The notes under the pieces: generated by a model
Seen by the model: only the letters and a program-made list of their open reading frames with translations
Told to the model about the DNA's origin: nothing
Database searches by the model: none
Part shown: one piece after another, positions 19,573 to 30,657 of the stretch
Layout of the letters: each line of letters begins with the position of its first letter
Numbering within the stretch: the first letter of the stretch is position 1
Assembly (NCBI GenBank): GCA_049942765.1
Contig: CP188086.1
Span: 330,001 to 362,000, forward strand
DNA: 32,000 bases
Reading direction: 5' to 3'
From: Candidatus Saccharimonadota bacterium
GTDB lineage: Bacteria > Pseudomonadota > Gammaproteobacteria > Enterobacterales > Enterobacteriaceae
Translations under genes and position numbers: made by a program

Positions 19573-20970
19573 TTATAAAAATTTATTAATAAAATCAGAA
19601 GAGTAACCTAAATAATTTTGAGGTGTTAATTGTTTTAATTTTATTTTTTCTTCTTCTGGAATGGATAAATGATCAATAAAATCAGTAATAAGTTGTTTAT
19701 TAATAACACGACCTCGTACATATTTTTTTAAAATATCATATGAATTAATGATATTATATTTTCTCATAACTGTTTGTATAGGTTCTGATAAAATTTCCCA
19801 ATGATTATTTAAATCTTCTAATAATATAGATGTATTTAATTTAATTTTATTAAGCCCTAATATTGTAGATTGATAAGCAATTACTGAATATGAAATAGCC
19901 ACTCCTAGATTTCTTAATACAGTAGAATCACTTAAATCCCTCTGCCATCTAGAAATTAATAATTTGCTAGAAATATGTTTCATAATAGCATTGGAAATCC
20001 CTAAATTACCTTCAGAATTTTCAAAATCAATTGGATTAATTTTGTGCGGCATAATAGATGATCCAACTTCTTGTTGATTGACCTTTTGAGAAAAATAATT
20101 AATAGATATATATCCCCATAAATCTCTATTGAGATCTAACAAAATATTATTAAATCGAATAATTGTATCTAATAATTCTGAAATATAATCATGTGGTTCA
20201 ATTTGAGTTGTGACTGGATTCCAATACAAACCTAAATCTCGAACAAACTCATGACTAATATCAAGCCAATTTATGTTAGGATAAGCAACACAATGTGCAT
20301 TAAAATTTCCTACTGTACCGTTCATTTTACCACAAATCTGTATTTTTTTTAAAATCGATAATTGACGACTCAGTCTATATAAAAAATTCAACATTTCCTT
20401 ACCCATCGTAGTAGGTGATGCTGCTTGACCATGAGTTCGAGATAACATAGGAATATTTTGATATTTTATAACCATTTTTTCAATAACATTAATAATTTTT
20501 TCCCAATACATCAATATAATTTTATTTTTAGTTTCTTTTAACATTAAAGCATAAGATAAATTATTAATATCATCAGAAGTGCATGCAAAATGAATAAATT
20601 CTAAATTTATATCATAGTTAATTTTTTTTTTTATTATATCTTTTAAAAAAAATTCTACAGATTTAACATCATGGTTATTTCTTTTTTCTAATTCTTTAAT
20701 TAATAATGCATCTTGTATACTGAAGTTATTTTCAATACTGTCTAAACATTTATCAACAAAAGCATCACAATTTGACAATGCTGATATCTGAGGTATAGTA
20801 GTTAATTTTTTAAACCATAAAATTTCAATTTTTAAACGAAATTTTAAAAAACTATATTCACTAAAAATAACCTTTAAATCTTTAGTTTGATTATGATAAC
20901 GACCATCAATAGGTGAAATCGTCGACAAAAAAAAATTATTCACTTTTATTCCTGATATAGGGTAACACAT
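19573..20970 (-). CDS. purB: Adenylosuccinate lyase
   Basis: 465-aa ORF, colinear with E. coli PurB (SPIDGRY, HFACTSDDINN, SRTHGQAASPTT, GSSIMPHKINPIDFENSEGN). A GTG at 20941-20943 preceded by AGGA would give MNNFFLSTISPIDGRY, the same N-terminal length as E. coli. It may be the true start. Confidence 0.95.
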   Translation of the reverse strand: MCYPISGIKVNNFFLSTISPIDGRYHNQTKDLKVIFSEYSFLKFRLKIEILWFKKLTTIPQISALSNCDAFVDKCLDSIENNFSIQDALLIKELEKRNNHDVKSVEFFLKDIIKKKINYDINLEFIHFACTSDDINNLSYALMLKETKNKIILMYWEKIINVIEKMVIKYQNIPMLSRTHGQAASPTTMGKEMLNFLYRLSRQLSILKKIQICGKMNGTVGNFNAHCVAYPNINWLDISHEFVRDLGLYWNPVTTQIEPHDYISELLDTIIRFNNILLDLNRDLWGYISINYFSQKVNQQEVGSSIMPHKINPIDFENSEGNLGISNAIMKHISSKLLISRWQRDLSDSTVLRNLGVAISYSVIAYQSTILGLNKIKLNTSILLEDLNNHWEILSEPIQTVMRKYNIINSYDILKKYVRGRVINKQLITDFIDHLSIPEEEKIKLKQLTPQNYLGYSSDFINKFL

Positions 20971-21258
20971 AATATTTATATGTTATTAAACAATAATCAT
21001 TCCATATTAAAAAAAGAAAATATATATTTTTATAATAAACATATAGATATTTTTTTTTATTAAAATATGCAAATGATCAATCTATAAAATATATTGAATA
21101 AATAAAACAAAATATGTTATATCATCATGATATGATATATCAGACTATAACAGATAAATATATAAAATAATTATAATAGTATTAGTATAATATTATTAAA
21201 TTGATAAATTTTTATTTAACATATGATGTTGAATATGTTATTAAATAATATAATTATT

Positions 21259-22365
21259 TTAATACGATAATCTATCTGAAATAATACCACCACCTAAACA
21301 TTGATCCATATCGTAAAAAACTGCGGATTGCCCAGGTGTTACACTCACTATAGGATGTTTAAAGAGTACTTTGACACATTTATTATTCATAGTGGTTAAT
21401 GTACATTGCACAGATTTTTGTAAATGTCTAATTTGTACATTACATCTTATTGTTGTAAAATTAGAATCATCTCTATTAATCCAATGAACATGCTTTACTA
21501 TTAAACCATTCGATAATAAGTATCGATTACATCTTCCTTGATCTACAATTAATGTATTTAACTTTATATCTTTATCTATTACATACCAAGGCAAAGCTGG
21601 TTTATTTTTTATACCTCCGATACCTAATCCTTTTCGTTGACCTAATGTATAGTAAGCTAATCCTGAATGTACTCCAATCACTTCTTGATTAATCGTAATT
21701 ATATTACCTTTTGTACCAAAAACATAACGACTTAAAAAATTTTTAAAATTCTTAGGATTGATAAAACACACCCCTGTTGAATCTTTTTTATTAGCTACGA
21801 TCATATGTAATGTACTAGCAATTTTACGAACTACACTTTTCTTAAAATTACCTAATGGAAATAAACTGTTCTTTATTTGATATTGATCTAAAGTATATAA
21901 AAAATAACTTTGATCTTTAGATGTATCTATTGCTCGCAACAATACAAATTTATTAGGATATATCTTCTTTTTTCTTACATAATGTCCAGTTGCAATATAA
22001 TCAGCACCTAATCTTTCAATGGCAAAATTTAAAAATAACTTAAATTTTATCTCTTTATTACATAAAATATCTGGATTTGGAGTATTTCCTAATTCATATT
22101 CTTTAATAAAGTTTAAAAAAACCTTATCCCAATATTCAATGGAAAAATTCATAGTATGTAAATGAATTCCTAATTGATGACAAATGTTTTTAACATCTTC
22201 TAAATCTTTTTTAGCAGAACAATATAGTTCGTTATCATCTTCTTCCCAATTTTTCATAAATAAACCTTCTACTTGATAATTTTTTTGTTGTAATAACCAA
22301 GCAGAAACAGAAGAATCAACACCACCAGACATAGCAACAATCACTTTCTTTTTTTTATTTAACAT
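21259..22365 (-). CDS. mnmA: tRNA-specific 2-thiouridylase (tRNA 5-methylaminomethyl-2-thiouridine synthesis)
   Basis: It carries the PP-loop VIVAMSGGVDSSVSAWLL and catalytic cysteines in NPDILCNKEIKF and DSTGVCFI. I set the start to the Met of MLNKKKKVIVAMSGG (cat at 22363-22365). The ORF track extends 11 codons further, to 22398. Confidence 0.95.
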   Translation of the reverse strand: MLNKKKKVIVAMSGGVDSSVSAWLLQQKNYQVEGLFMKNWEEDDNELYCSAKKDLEDVKNICHQLGIHLHTMNFSIEYWDKVFLNFIKEYELGNTPNPDILCNKEIKFKLFLNFAIERLGADYIATGHYVRKKKIYPNKFVLLRAIDTSKDQSYFLYTLDQYQIKNSLFPLGNFKKSVVRKIASTLHMIVANKKDSTGVCFINPKNFKNFLSRYVFGTKGNIITINQEVIGVHSGLAYYTLGQRKGLGIGGIKNKPALPWYVIDKDIKLNTLIVDQGRCNRYLLSNGLIVKHVHWINRDDSNFTTIRCNVQIRHLQKSVQCTLTTMNNKCVKVLFKHPIVSVTPGQSAVFYDMDQCLGGGIISDRLSY

Positions 22366-23047
22366 AACATATAATTTTAATATATAAATTTTGTTCAATT
22401 AATAAAATAGTTATCATTATAACTAATAAATATTATTTTATAAACAATGAATTCAATTAAATATTTATTTTTATTCATAGTAGAAAAACTATCTACTTAT
22501 TAGATACAGTATTAATCTATATTGTCATCAATAAATTCAATTTATATCATGAAATTATATTCAATAACATTAACAAATATAAAAATTATATATATTCTAT
22601 ACATTTAACATCATAAAATTTATTTTTATAAATATAAAATATTCATGACATAGTAAAAAACTATTGATTGAAATGCCAAATACATATTAAGATAACAAAA
22701 TCAATTTTTATATCAATACATATACTTAATTCAATATATGATTGGATCATGAAAAAATTACTTATATCAATTGTCTTAATATATATAAGATTAATGTCTT
22801 AATTATAACTAATATTTATTAATAATAAAAACAATATTGAATTTAATATATCATTTTTATTTATATTGAAAATAAGTATTTAATTGTAACTAACTATAAA
22901 AACTAAAAATTAAAGATTGTGTTTCTGTTATGCTCATAAAACATATTGTTTTAATATAATATATATATATCAATTTAAATAATACTATAGAAAACAAATC
23001 TATTAATTTTTAATAAGTGAAAATAATATTTAGGTAAATTGCTTATA

Positions 23048-24832
23048 ATGAAAAACATCAGAAATTTTTCTATTATTGCACATATTGATCATGGTAAATC
23101 AACATTATCGGATCGGTTTATTCAAATATGTGGTGCTTTATCAGATAGAGAAATGTCCGCTCAAGTACTAGATTCTATGGATTTAGAAAAAGAAAGAGGT
23201 ATAACAATAAAATCACAAAGTGTTAGAATTAATTACAATTCAAAAAATGGAAAAAAATTTCATTTAAATTTTATAGATACACCAGGACATGTAAATTTTT
23301 CATATGAAGTATCGAGATCTTTATCAGCATGTGAAGGTGCCTTATTAGTAATTGATACTACACAAGGAATTGAAGCTCAAACATTATCTAATTGCAAAAC
23401 AGCAATGGAAATGAACTTAAAAATCATCCCTGTATTAAATAAAATTGATTTGCCTACATCCAATCCTAAACAAGTTATTCAAGATATTCAAGAAATTATA
23501 AAAATACCAATTGATAATGCTATACATTGTTCAGCTAAAACAGGAGAGGGAGTTATTAATTTACTAGAACAAATTGTTTTAGATATTCCACCTCCTATAG
23601 GAGATAATAATGCGCCTTTACAAGCATTAATTATTGATTCTTGGTTTGATAATTATTCTGGAGTAATGCTATTAATTCGAGTAAAAAATGGTATTTTAAA
23701 GCAAGGTGCTCATATTCAAGTTATAAGTACAAAAAAGAATTATTATGTAGATAAAGTTGGAATTTTTAATCCTAAAAAAATTATTCAATCATGTTTACAA
23801 TCAGGTGAGGTAGGGTGGTTGTCTTGTAACATAAAAAATATTAATGCAATACCTGTAGGAGATACATTAACCTTATCGAATAATCCATCAGTTACTGCAT
23901 TGACAAGTTTTAAAAAAACAAAACCTCAAATTTATGCTGGATTATTTCCTATGTATGCCACACAATATTCAATTTTTCGAGATGCATTAGGTAAATTAAG
24001 TTTAAATGATTCATCTTTATTTTATGAACCAGAAAATTCTGCTTCATTAGGGTTCGGTTTTAGATGTGGATTTCTAGGTTTATTACATATGGAAATTATT
24101 CAAGCTAGATTAGAAAGAGAATACAATCTTGATTTAATATCTACTACACCAAGTGTGGTATATGAAATTAAACTTACGAACCAAAAAAAAATATATTGTA
24201 ATACACCATCAAAAATACCTTCTATGAATATAATCAAAGAATTCCGAGAACCAATTGCAGAATGTTATATTCTATCCCCTCAAAAATATTTAGGAAATAT
24301 AATAAAATTATGTGAAAAAAAACGTGGTCATCAAATAGATTTATTATATCATAATTGTAATATTTCTATAATATATCATATACCAATGTCTGAAATCATT
24401 TTGAATTTTTTCGATCATTTAAAATCATTATCTAGTGGATATGCATCTTTAGATTACAATTTTAAATATTTTAAAAAATCTGATTTGATTTGCTTAGATA
24501 TTTTGATTAATAATAAAAAAGTTGAAGCCTTATCAATCATTACACACCGATTAAATTCTCATTTATATGCTAAAATGATTGTAGAAAAAATAAAAAATAT
24601 TATACCAAGACATCAATTTGACATAGCTATTCAAGCTGCTATTGGAAATAATATTATTGCACGTACAACAATTAAGCAATTAAGAAAAAATGTTTTAGCA
24701 AAATGCTATGGTGGAGACATTTCTCGAAAAAAAAAGTTATTACAAAAACAAAAAGACGGAAAAAGAAAAATGAAAAATATTGGAAATATAAATATTCCTA
24801 AAGAAGCATTCTTGTCTATTTTAAAAATTTAA
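23048..24832 (+). CDS. lepA: Elongation factor 4 (translational GTPase LepA)
   Basis: G motifs [14 protein letters not shown] and NKID are present, with the LepA-specific C-terminal domain. The ORF track opens at TTG 23039. I prefer the ATG at 23048 ([19 protein letters not shown]). Confidence 0.97.
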   Translation: MKNIRNFSIIAHIDHGKSTLSDRFIQICGALSDREMSAQVLDSMDLEKERGITIKSQSVRINYNSKNGKKFHLNFIDTPGHVNFSYEVSRSLSACEGALLVIDTTQGIEAQTLSNCKTAMEMNLKIIPVLNKIDLPTSNPKQVIQDIQEIIKIPIDNAIHCSAKTGEGVINLLEQIVLDIPPPIGDNNAPLQALIIDSWFDNYSGVMLLIRVKNGILKQGAHIQVISTKKNYYVDKVGIFNPKKIIQSCLQSGEVGWLSCNIKNINAIPVGDTLTLSNNPSVTALTSFKKTKPQIYAGLFPMYATQYSIFRDALGKLSLNDSSLFYEPENSASLGFGFRCGFLGLLHMEIIQARLEREYNLDLISTTPSVVYEIKLTNQKKIYCNTPSKIPSMNIIKEFREPIAECYILSPQKYLGNIIKLCEKKRGHQIDLLYHNCNISIIYHIPMSEIILNFFDHLKSLSSGYASLDYNFKYFKKSDLICLDILINNKKVEALSIITHRLNSHLYAKMIVEKIKNIIPRHQFDIAIQAAIGNNIIARTTIKQLRKNVLAKCYGGDISRKKKLLQKQKDGKRKMKNIGNINIPKEAFLSILKI

Positions 24833-24864
24833 TCTAAATACCTTAATATCAAGGATATAATATA

Positions 24865-25752
24865 GTGGAAAATATAATTTCAATAATATTATTAATAGGA
24901 ACTGTAATTACTAGTTTTTTTTATTTTAAAAAAATAAAATTTAAAAATAGTACACAGAAAAAATGGATTAATCATATAAAATCTTTATTTCCAATATTCT
25001 GTATAGTATTTATAATACGTTCGTTTATTTATGAACCATTTCGAATTCCATCTAATTCTATGGTTCCTACTTTATTAACAAATGATTTTATCATGGTGAA
25101 AAAATTTGCATATGGTATCAAAGATCCTATCTTTAATTACACTTTGTTTAAAACTTATTTACCTAATAGAGGTGATATAATAGTATTTAAAAACCCAAAA
25201 AATAAAAATATAAATTATATTAAAAGAATAATTGGAATACCTGGAGATAAAATCGTTTATAATGTAGATACAAAACAATTAACCATTACTCCTACATGCA
25301 AACCATCACAAACATGTAATCTTATACATGTACAATACAACAAAAATAAAGTAATACTAAAAAATGATGATGAATATCAAAGTGATTTGAATATTTTTTA
25401 CAAAAACAGTCGATTACCACATGGATTATTTCATTATTTTTTTTCATTGCAATTAATAGAAGAAATTATTAATCATAATATACATAACATTATGTTATTA
25501 AAATCAATTTTTAATATCTATCATAATTATCACTGTCATAAATATTTGACGACAAAAACATGGACAGTACCTGAAAAAAATTATTTTGTTATGGGTGATA
25601 ACAGAGACAATAGTATGGATAGTAGATATTTTGGATGTATTCCAGAAAGTAACTTAATAGGTAAAGCAACTCATATTTGGATGAGTATAGAATTTACTAC
25701 CCACGGATGGCCTATAAAAATACGATTTCATAGAATAGGTAGTATCTATTAA
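24865..25752 (+). CDS. lepB: Signal peptidase I
   Basis: 295 aa. The catalytic Ser is in IPSNSMVPTL and the catalytic Lys in YIKRIIGIPGD, with GDNRDNSMDSRY also present. It has a GTG start at 24865 with an AAGGA Shine-Dalgarno at 24851-24855. Confidence 0.93.
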   Translation: MENIISIILLIGTVITSFFYFKKIKFKNSTQKKWINHIKSLFPIFCIVFIIRSFIYEPFRIPSNSMVPTLLTNDFIMVKKFAYGIKDPIFNYTLFKTYLPNRGDIIVFKNPKNKNINYIKRIIGIPGDKIVYNVDTKQLTITPTCKPSQTCNLIHVQYNKNKVILKNDDEYQSDLNIFYKNSRLPHGLFHYFFSLQLIEEIINHNIHNIMLLKSIFNIYHNYHCHKYLTTKTWTVPEKNYFVMGDNRDNSMDSRYFGCIPESNLIGKATHIWMSIEFTTHGWPIKIRFHRIGSIY

Positions 25753-25866
25753 TATGTTATTATATTACATTAATATAAATATAAAGAATATTTATGTAAT
25801 ATATATATTTTTATATTTTTAACATATATTATTTTTTCTAAAAAACAAAATAATTTTTGGTACAAT

Positions 25867-26547
25867 ATGGATCATATTACAATAAATAGACTACAAAAAG
25901 TTATAGGTTACACCTTTATACAACAAGAAATTCTTAAACAAGCACTTACTCATAGAAGTGCTCATAGCAAACATAACGAAAGATTAGAATTTTTAGGAGA
26001 TTCAATTTTAAGTTTTGTTATCGCTAATGCATTATATCATGATCATCCATATGTAGATGAAGGAGATATGAGTCGAATGAGAGCTACTTTAGTTAGAGGA
26101 CATACTTTAGCTGAATTAGCATATGAATTTGATTTAGGAGAATACTTAAAACTAGGACAAGGTGAAATTAAAAGTGGAGGTAGTTATAGAGAATCCATTC
26201 TCGCTAATACCATTGAAGCAATCATAGGAGGTATTTTTTTAGATAGTAATATACATACTATAGAATCATTAATTCTAAAATGGTATAAAAAAAGATTAAA
26301 AAAAATCAGTCCTGGAGAAAAACAGAAAGATCCAAAAACGAGATTACAAGAATACTTACAATCAAAAAGATTACCTTTACCATCTTATTTAGTCATGCAA
26401 GTATATGGAGAAGCACACAATCAATTGTTCACTATTCACTGCATGATTAATGGCATTACTGAAAATTTAATTGGTATAGGATCAAGCCGAAGAAAAGCTG
26501 AACAAAATGCTGCTCAACATGCATTAATGAAATTGGGGTTAGAGTGA
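25867..26547 (+). CDS. rnc: Ribonuclease III
   Basis: 226 aa with the RNase III signature [11 protein letters not shown] and a C-terminal dsRBD ([16 protein letters not shown]). Confidence 0.95.
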   Translation: MDHITINRLQKVIGYTFIQQEILKQALTHRSAHSKHNERLEFLGDSILSFVIANALYHDHPYVDEGDMSRMRATLVRGHTLAELAYEFDLGEYLKLGQGEIKSGGSYRESILANTIEAIIGGIFLDSNIHTIESLILKWYKKRLKKISPGEKQKDPKTRLQEYLQSKRLPLPSYLVMQVYGEAHNQLFTIHCMINGITENLIGIGSSRRKAEQNAAQHALMKLGLE

Positions 26548-27398
26548 ATAAAAATAATTATTTTTGTGGAAAAATAGTATTAATCGGAAAAAGCAATACA
26601 GGTAAATCTACATTAATAAATAAACTGATTGGAAAAAAAATTTCTATTGTTTCTCACAAAAAAAATACTACACGAACACAAAATATAGGGATTCATACTA
26701 AGAACAACTATCAATTTATTTACATAGATACTCCAGGAATAGAACTAAAAAAGAAATATATTAATTCTTTCTATTTTCAACATTATAAAAAAACATCTAT
26801 GACATGTTCTGATATAATCGTATTTATAATAAATCGAACAACCTTTAATCAAGAAGATTATAACATTTTAAAAAAAATAAAAAAAATTAATTCTTATATA
26901 ATAATCGTAATTAATAAAATTGATTTAATTAATCCAAAACAATTATTACTACCATTTATTGATAAATTAAAAAAAAAAATATCTTTCTGCAACAATTTTA
27001 TACCTATTTCAGCAAAAAAATTAATTAACATTAATGCTTTAGTACAAACAATTAAACAATTTTTACCTGAACAAAAACATAAATATAAAAAATCTATTAC
27101 TAATTTTTCGTCAAAAAAATTTTTTATATCTGAAATTATTAGAGAAAAAATTATTAATCTCTATAACCAAGAGATACCGTATATTGTAAACATTAAAATA
27201 GAATCTATTCATATAAATACTAAAGGTATCTATAATATTTATGTATTTCTGTTAGTTGATAATACAAGACAAAAAAAAATCTTAATTGGAAAAAAAGGTG
27301 AAAAAATACATTCTTGTCGCGTTATGTCTACATTAAGTATCGAAAAAATATTATCAATAAAAATTTCATTGACATTATGGGTCAAAGTAAAGCAATAA
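26544..27398 (+). CDS. era: GTPase Era
   Basis: 284 aa with G1 [10 protein letters not shown]3 DTPG, G4 NKID and a KH domain ([10 protein letters not shown]). The GTG start overlaps the rnc stop (GTGA, 4 nt). The protein ends right after LWVKVKQ, so the roughly 17-aa E. coli C-terminal tail is absent. Confidence 0.9.
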   Translation: MNKNNYFCGKIVLIGKSNTGKSTLINKLIGKKISIVSHKKNTTRTQNIGIHTKNNYQFIYIDTPGIELKKKYINSFYFQHYKKTSMTCSDIIVFIINRTTFNQEDYNILKKIKKINSYIIIVINKIDLINPKQLLLPFIDKLKKKISFCNNFIPISAKKLININALVQTIKQFLPEQKHKYKKSITNFSSKKFFISEIIREKIINLYNQEIPYIVNIKIESIHINTKGIYNIYVFLLVDNTRQKKILIGKKGEKIHSCRVMSTLSIEKILSIKISLTLWVKVKQ

Positions 27399-27500
27399 AA
27401 CATCAATCTATATATTGATAGATAAATATAGATATAATAATAAAAAAATTAAATTAATTACTTATTATCAAGTAATATTTATTAAATAAGGTATTAAAAA

Positions 27501-27881
27501 ATGGCTATATTAGGTATTGGAATTGATATTGTTTCATTAACTAGAATAGAAAAAACTATAATAAAATTTCATACAATGTTTTTTAAACGAATTTTATCAA
27601 AAAATGAATTAAAAAATTTAAAAAATACAAATAATAAAATTAATTATTTAGCAAACAGGTTTGCTGCCAAGGAAGCTACTGTGAAAGCATTAGGAACAGG
27701 TATTCAAAAAAAAATACAATTTAAAAATATTGAATTATACAATGATCAATTAGGTAAACCTAAAATTAATTTATCCGGTGCTGCTTTACAATTAATTTTA
27801 AAAAAAAAAATAGTATCTATTCATGTCTCATTATCTCACGAAAGACTATTTACATATGCTATGGTTATAATGGAATCATAA
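27501..27881 (+). CDS. acpS: Holo-[acyl-carrier-protein] synthase
   Basis: 126 aa. The N-terminus AILGIGIDIV and FAAKEATVKALGTG are typical of AcpS-type phosphopantetheinyl transferases. Confidence 0.9.
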   Translation: MAILGIGIDIVSLTRIEKTIIKFHTMFFKRILSKNELKNLKNTNNKINYLANRFAAKEATVKALGTGIQKKIQFKNIELYNDQLGKPKINLSGAALQLILKKKIVSIHVSLSHERLFTYAMVIMES

Positions 27882-27895
27882 AACATTTTTTGTAA

Positions 27896-28381
27896 TTATT
27901 TTATTATTTTTGTATGAGACTTATTATATCGTTTTTTATAAAAAAAATCATTTAAAATTTTAGAACAGTCATGTTCTAAAACCCCCTTTTTTATTTTTAA
28001 TTTTTTTATTCCAATGTTATTAAGTATAAGTTGTTGTTGTTGATAACAATTATTTGTATTACTAGCTCCATATACTAAAGTAGAAACACGACTCAAAAAA
28101 ATAGCTCCAAAACACATTAGACAGGGTTCTAAAGTGACATATAAGGTAGTATTTAATAAACGATAATTTTTAAGATATTTACCTGCTGTTCTTAATGCTA
28201 TAATTTCTGCATGTGCAGTAGGATCATGGTTATTTATAGAAGAATTTCCACCATAACCTATAATATTATTATTTAAAACTAAAATTGCTCCAATAGGTAC
28301 TTCACCATGATTGTTAGACATATGTGCTATTTGTATAGCTTTGTCCATCCAATATCGATCACTATTATTATGAATAATCAT
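27896..28381 (-). CDS. tadA: tRNA-specific adenosine deaminase
   Basis: 161 aa with CDA-fold zinc motifs HAEIIALR and PCLMCFGAI. Confidence 0.92.
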   Translation of the reverse strand: MIIHNNSDRYWMDKAIQIAHMSNNHGEVPIGAILVLNNNIIGYGGNSSINNHDPTAHAEIIALRTAGKYLKNYRLLNTTLYVTLEPCLMCFGAIFLSRVSTLVYGASNTNNCYQQQQLILNNIGIKKLKIKKGVLEHDCSKILNDFFYKKRYNKSHTKIIK

Positions 28382-28427
28382 AAACCTAATTATTATCCAT
28401 TAAAAATATATTTTGTGTTAATTTAAT

Positions 28428-28919
28428 TTAACGCTCGTTTCTGACGTTTTTTAGTATTCTATTTTTATTAATTAACCAATTTTTATCTATTTTACATTGT
28501 CTTTTATCCTTCATTTTCTTTCCTATTGCTACACCAATATTTAATTTAAACCAAGAATTATGTAAAAAAATAGATAATGGAACAATAGTGTACCCTTTTT
28601 TAAGAACCTTGCTTTTTAAAAATAATATCTCCTTTTTTTTTAATAATAATTTGCATATATTTACATCATTCATTGTATCATTACAATTAGACACTGTAGT
28701 TATCTTTTCAAGATGTAATCCATACAAAAAAACTTGATTTTCTCTTATTATGATATAAGAAGATTCTATGTTTACTTTTTTTAATCTAAAGTTTCTAACT
28801 TCGCAACCTCTTAATACTAAACCTGCTTTAAATGTTTCATGTATAAAAAAATTATAATAAGCTTTTTTATTAGACTGAATTATTATATTATTATTCATTA
28901 AAGATAATTTTTTATTCAT
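28428..28919 (-). CDS. smpB: SsrA-binding protein
   Basis: 163 aa with the SmpB pattern: NKKAYYNFFI, GLVLRGCEV, LLLKKKEI, and a basic C-terminal tail (GKKMKDKRQ). Confidence 0.93.
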   Translation of the reverse strand: MNKKLSLMNNNIIIQSNKKAYYNFFIHETFKAGLVLRGCEVRNFRLKKVNIESSYIIIRENQVFLYGLHLEKITTVSNCNDTMNDVNICKLLLKKKEILFLKSKVLKKGYTIVPLSIFLHNSWFKLNIGVAIGKKMKDKRQCKIDKNWLINKNRILKNVRNER

Positions 28920-29072
28920 ATAGTTTTAAATTGTATATTGTTTTAACCAATTAAATATGATAATGTATCATATTAAAATTGGATTATAAAATCTAAAAAC
29001 ATTTGATGTCAAACATATGATATTTATCAAAAATAAACATTTATGCTGTATGTATAAAAGCTGAAAAAATTC

Positions 29073-29366
29073 ATGTATTATATTAATATAACAATCGTTT
29101 ATGCATTACCAGAAGAACAATTGATTAAAAAAATTAAAATCAAAAAAAATAGCAATGCTGAAGCAGCAATTTATAAATCTAAAATTCTTGAACAAATTAA
29201 TATAAATAATATTTATAAACATCCGATTGGTATTTATGGTCAGATTATTACTCTAGACTATATATTACATGACGGAGATAGAATTGAATTCTATAGAAAA
29301 CTAGTAGTAAATCCTATGGAACAAAGAAGAAAAAACCAAACATATTACTACTATAATAGAAAATAA
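29073..29366 (+). CDS. yfjF: RnfH-family ubiquitin-fold protein (YfjF/RatB, UPF0125)
   Basis: 97 aa. VYALPEEQ ... IGIYGQ ... HDGDRIEFYRKL parallels E. coli YfjF (AYALPEKQ ... VGIYSR ... HDGDRVEIYRPL). It is divergent from smpB, as in E. coli. Confidence 0.8.
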   Translation: MYYINITIVYALPEEQLIKKIKIKKNSNAEAAIYKSKILEQININNIYKHPIGIYGQIITLDYILHDGDRIEFYRKLVVNPMEQRRKNQTYYYYNRK

Positions 29367-29394
29367 CATACTTATGTAGGTTAAAAACAATTAT

Positions 29395-30006
29395 TTATGT
29401 ATTATTTGCTCCATTTGAAACTATTACCATCGCTGGCCTTAATAAACGTTCATTTAACTTATATCCATTTTGCATAATAGAAATAACATAGTTTTCTGGA
29501 ATTGTTGTTGACGAAAACAATGACATTGCTTCATGAATGTTAGGATCAAAAAGAACATTACATTTATTTATTAATGTAACATCAAATTCAGTAAATATAC
29601 TTGAAAACATATCTAAAATTAATTTAATATTTTTACTATATGAATCATTTTTATCATTTACTTCGGATTTAGATAATTCTAAAGCTCTTTCTAAACTATC
29701 TACAATTGGTAATAACGAAGAAATAATTTTTTCTAAACAAAATTTATATGCTTGCTCTGTTTCTTTATTAAGTATAATATGAGTAGCATCTATTTTTTTA
29801 TTGGATAGTAATTTACTAGTATTTAACTCTTGTTGTAAAGTTAATAGTTCTTGATATAATTTATCATGAATTTTCTTCTGATCAATTACATTAACATCAG
29901 AAGAACGAACTTGTTCTTTATTCACTTCAGAGATATTATTTTTATTAGAAAAATGATTCTTTAAATTTTTATCAAAATCATTTGGTGATTTATTTTTATC
30001 AATCAT
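29395..30006 (-). CDS. grpE: Nucleotide exchange factor GrpE
   Basis: 203 aa. It has a coiled-coil N-terminal half and a C-terminal GrpE beta-domain (FDPNIHEAMS ... GYKLNERLLRPAMVIV). Confidence 0.9.
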   Translation of the reverse strand: MIDKNKSPNDFDKNLKNHFSNKNNISEVNKEQVRSSDVNVIDQKKIHDKLYQELLTLQQELNTSKLLSNKKIDATHIILNKETEQAYKFCLEKIISSLLPIVDSLERALELSKSEVNDKNDSYSKNIKLILDMFSSIFTEFDVTLINKCNVLFDPNIHEAMSLFSSTTIPENYVISIMQNGYKLNERLLRPAMVIVSNGANNT

Positions 30007-30085
30007 ATTATAATTCCTATTTTTTATGCATTTAATTCATCAAATATTGATATATATTATTTTTAATAAATACTAAAATATAATT

Positions 30086-30541
30086 TTATTTACTAATTGG
30101 AGGAGTATATACCATAGACATATCCCATGGAAATTCAATCCATAAATTTTGTGGTATATCTATAACATAATCATCAACTAATAACTTTGATGACGGTTTT
30201 GCAAAAATAGTTACAAGGTAAGAATTAGAATAAATTTTTCGAAGTTTATGAACAGTTTTTCCTGTATCTACTAAATCATCAATAATAATTGTATTACTAC
30301 AATCTCCATCTGCTATTTTTATTATTTTTAGATCTCTAATAATATTATAGTCATAGCTAGAAATACATACCGTATCTACATAACGAATATTTAATTCTCT
30401 AGATAAAATTGCAGCAGGTACTAAACCACCTCTACTCACTGCAATAATTCTATCCCACGGTTTTATACAAAATAATTTATGAGCTAGCTTTTTAGTATAA
30501 ATATGAATCATATCCCAAGTAACAATATATTTATTACTCAT
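30086..30541 (-). CDS. gpt: Xanthine-guanine phosphoribosyltransferase
   Basis: 151 aa. [11 protein letters not shown] matches the E. coli Gpt start ([11 protein letters not shown]), and the PRPP-binding motif [10 protein letters not shown] is present. Confidence 0.93.
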   Translation of the reverse strand: MSNKYIVTWDMIHIYTKKLAHKLFCIKPWDRIIAVSRGGLVPAAILSRELNIRYVDTVCISSYDYNIIRDLKIIKIADGDCSNTIIIDDLVDTGKTVHKLRKIYSNSYLVTIFAKPSSKLLVDDYVIDIPQNLWIEFPWDMSMVYTPPISK

Positions 30542-30657
30542 TCAATTCATCCTAAAAAAAATATTATCATGTACATAACCTAAAATTAACTAAAAATATT
30601 AATTATTAAAAAATTTTACATAGAATAAGTACATAAATCTAAAAAATATTATATATT

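Noticed and set aside
21218-21245. Hairpin aacatat-N8-atatgtt immediately downstream of the mnmA stop, as a terminator
   Set aside because: It is a 7-bp AT-rich stem with no following U-tract on the - strand transcript. It is comparable to many chance hairpins in this composition.
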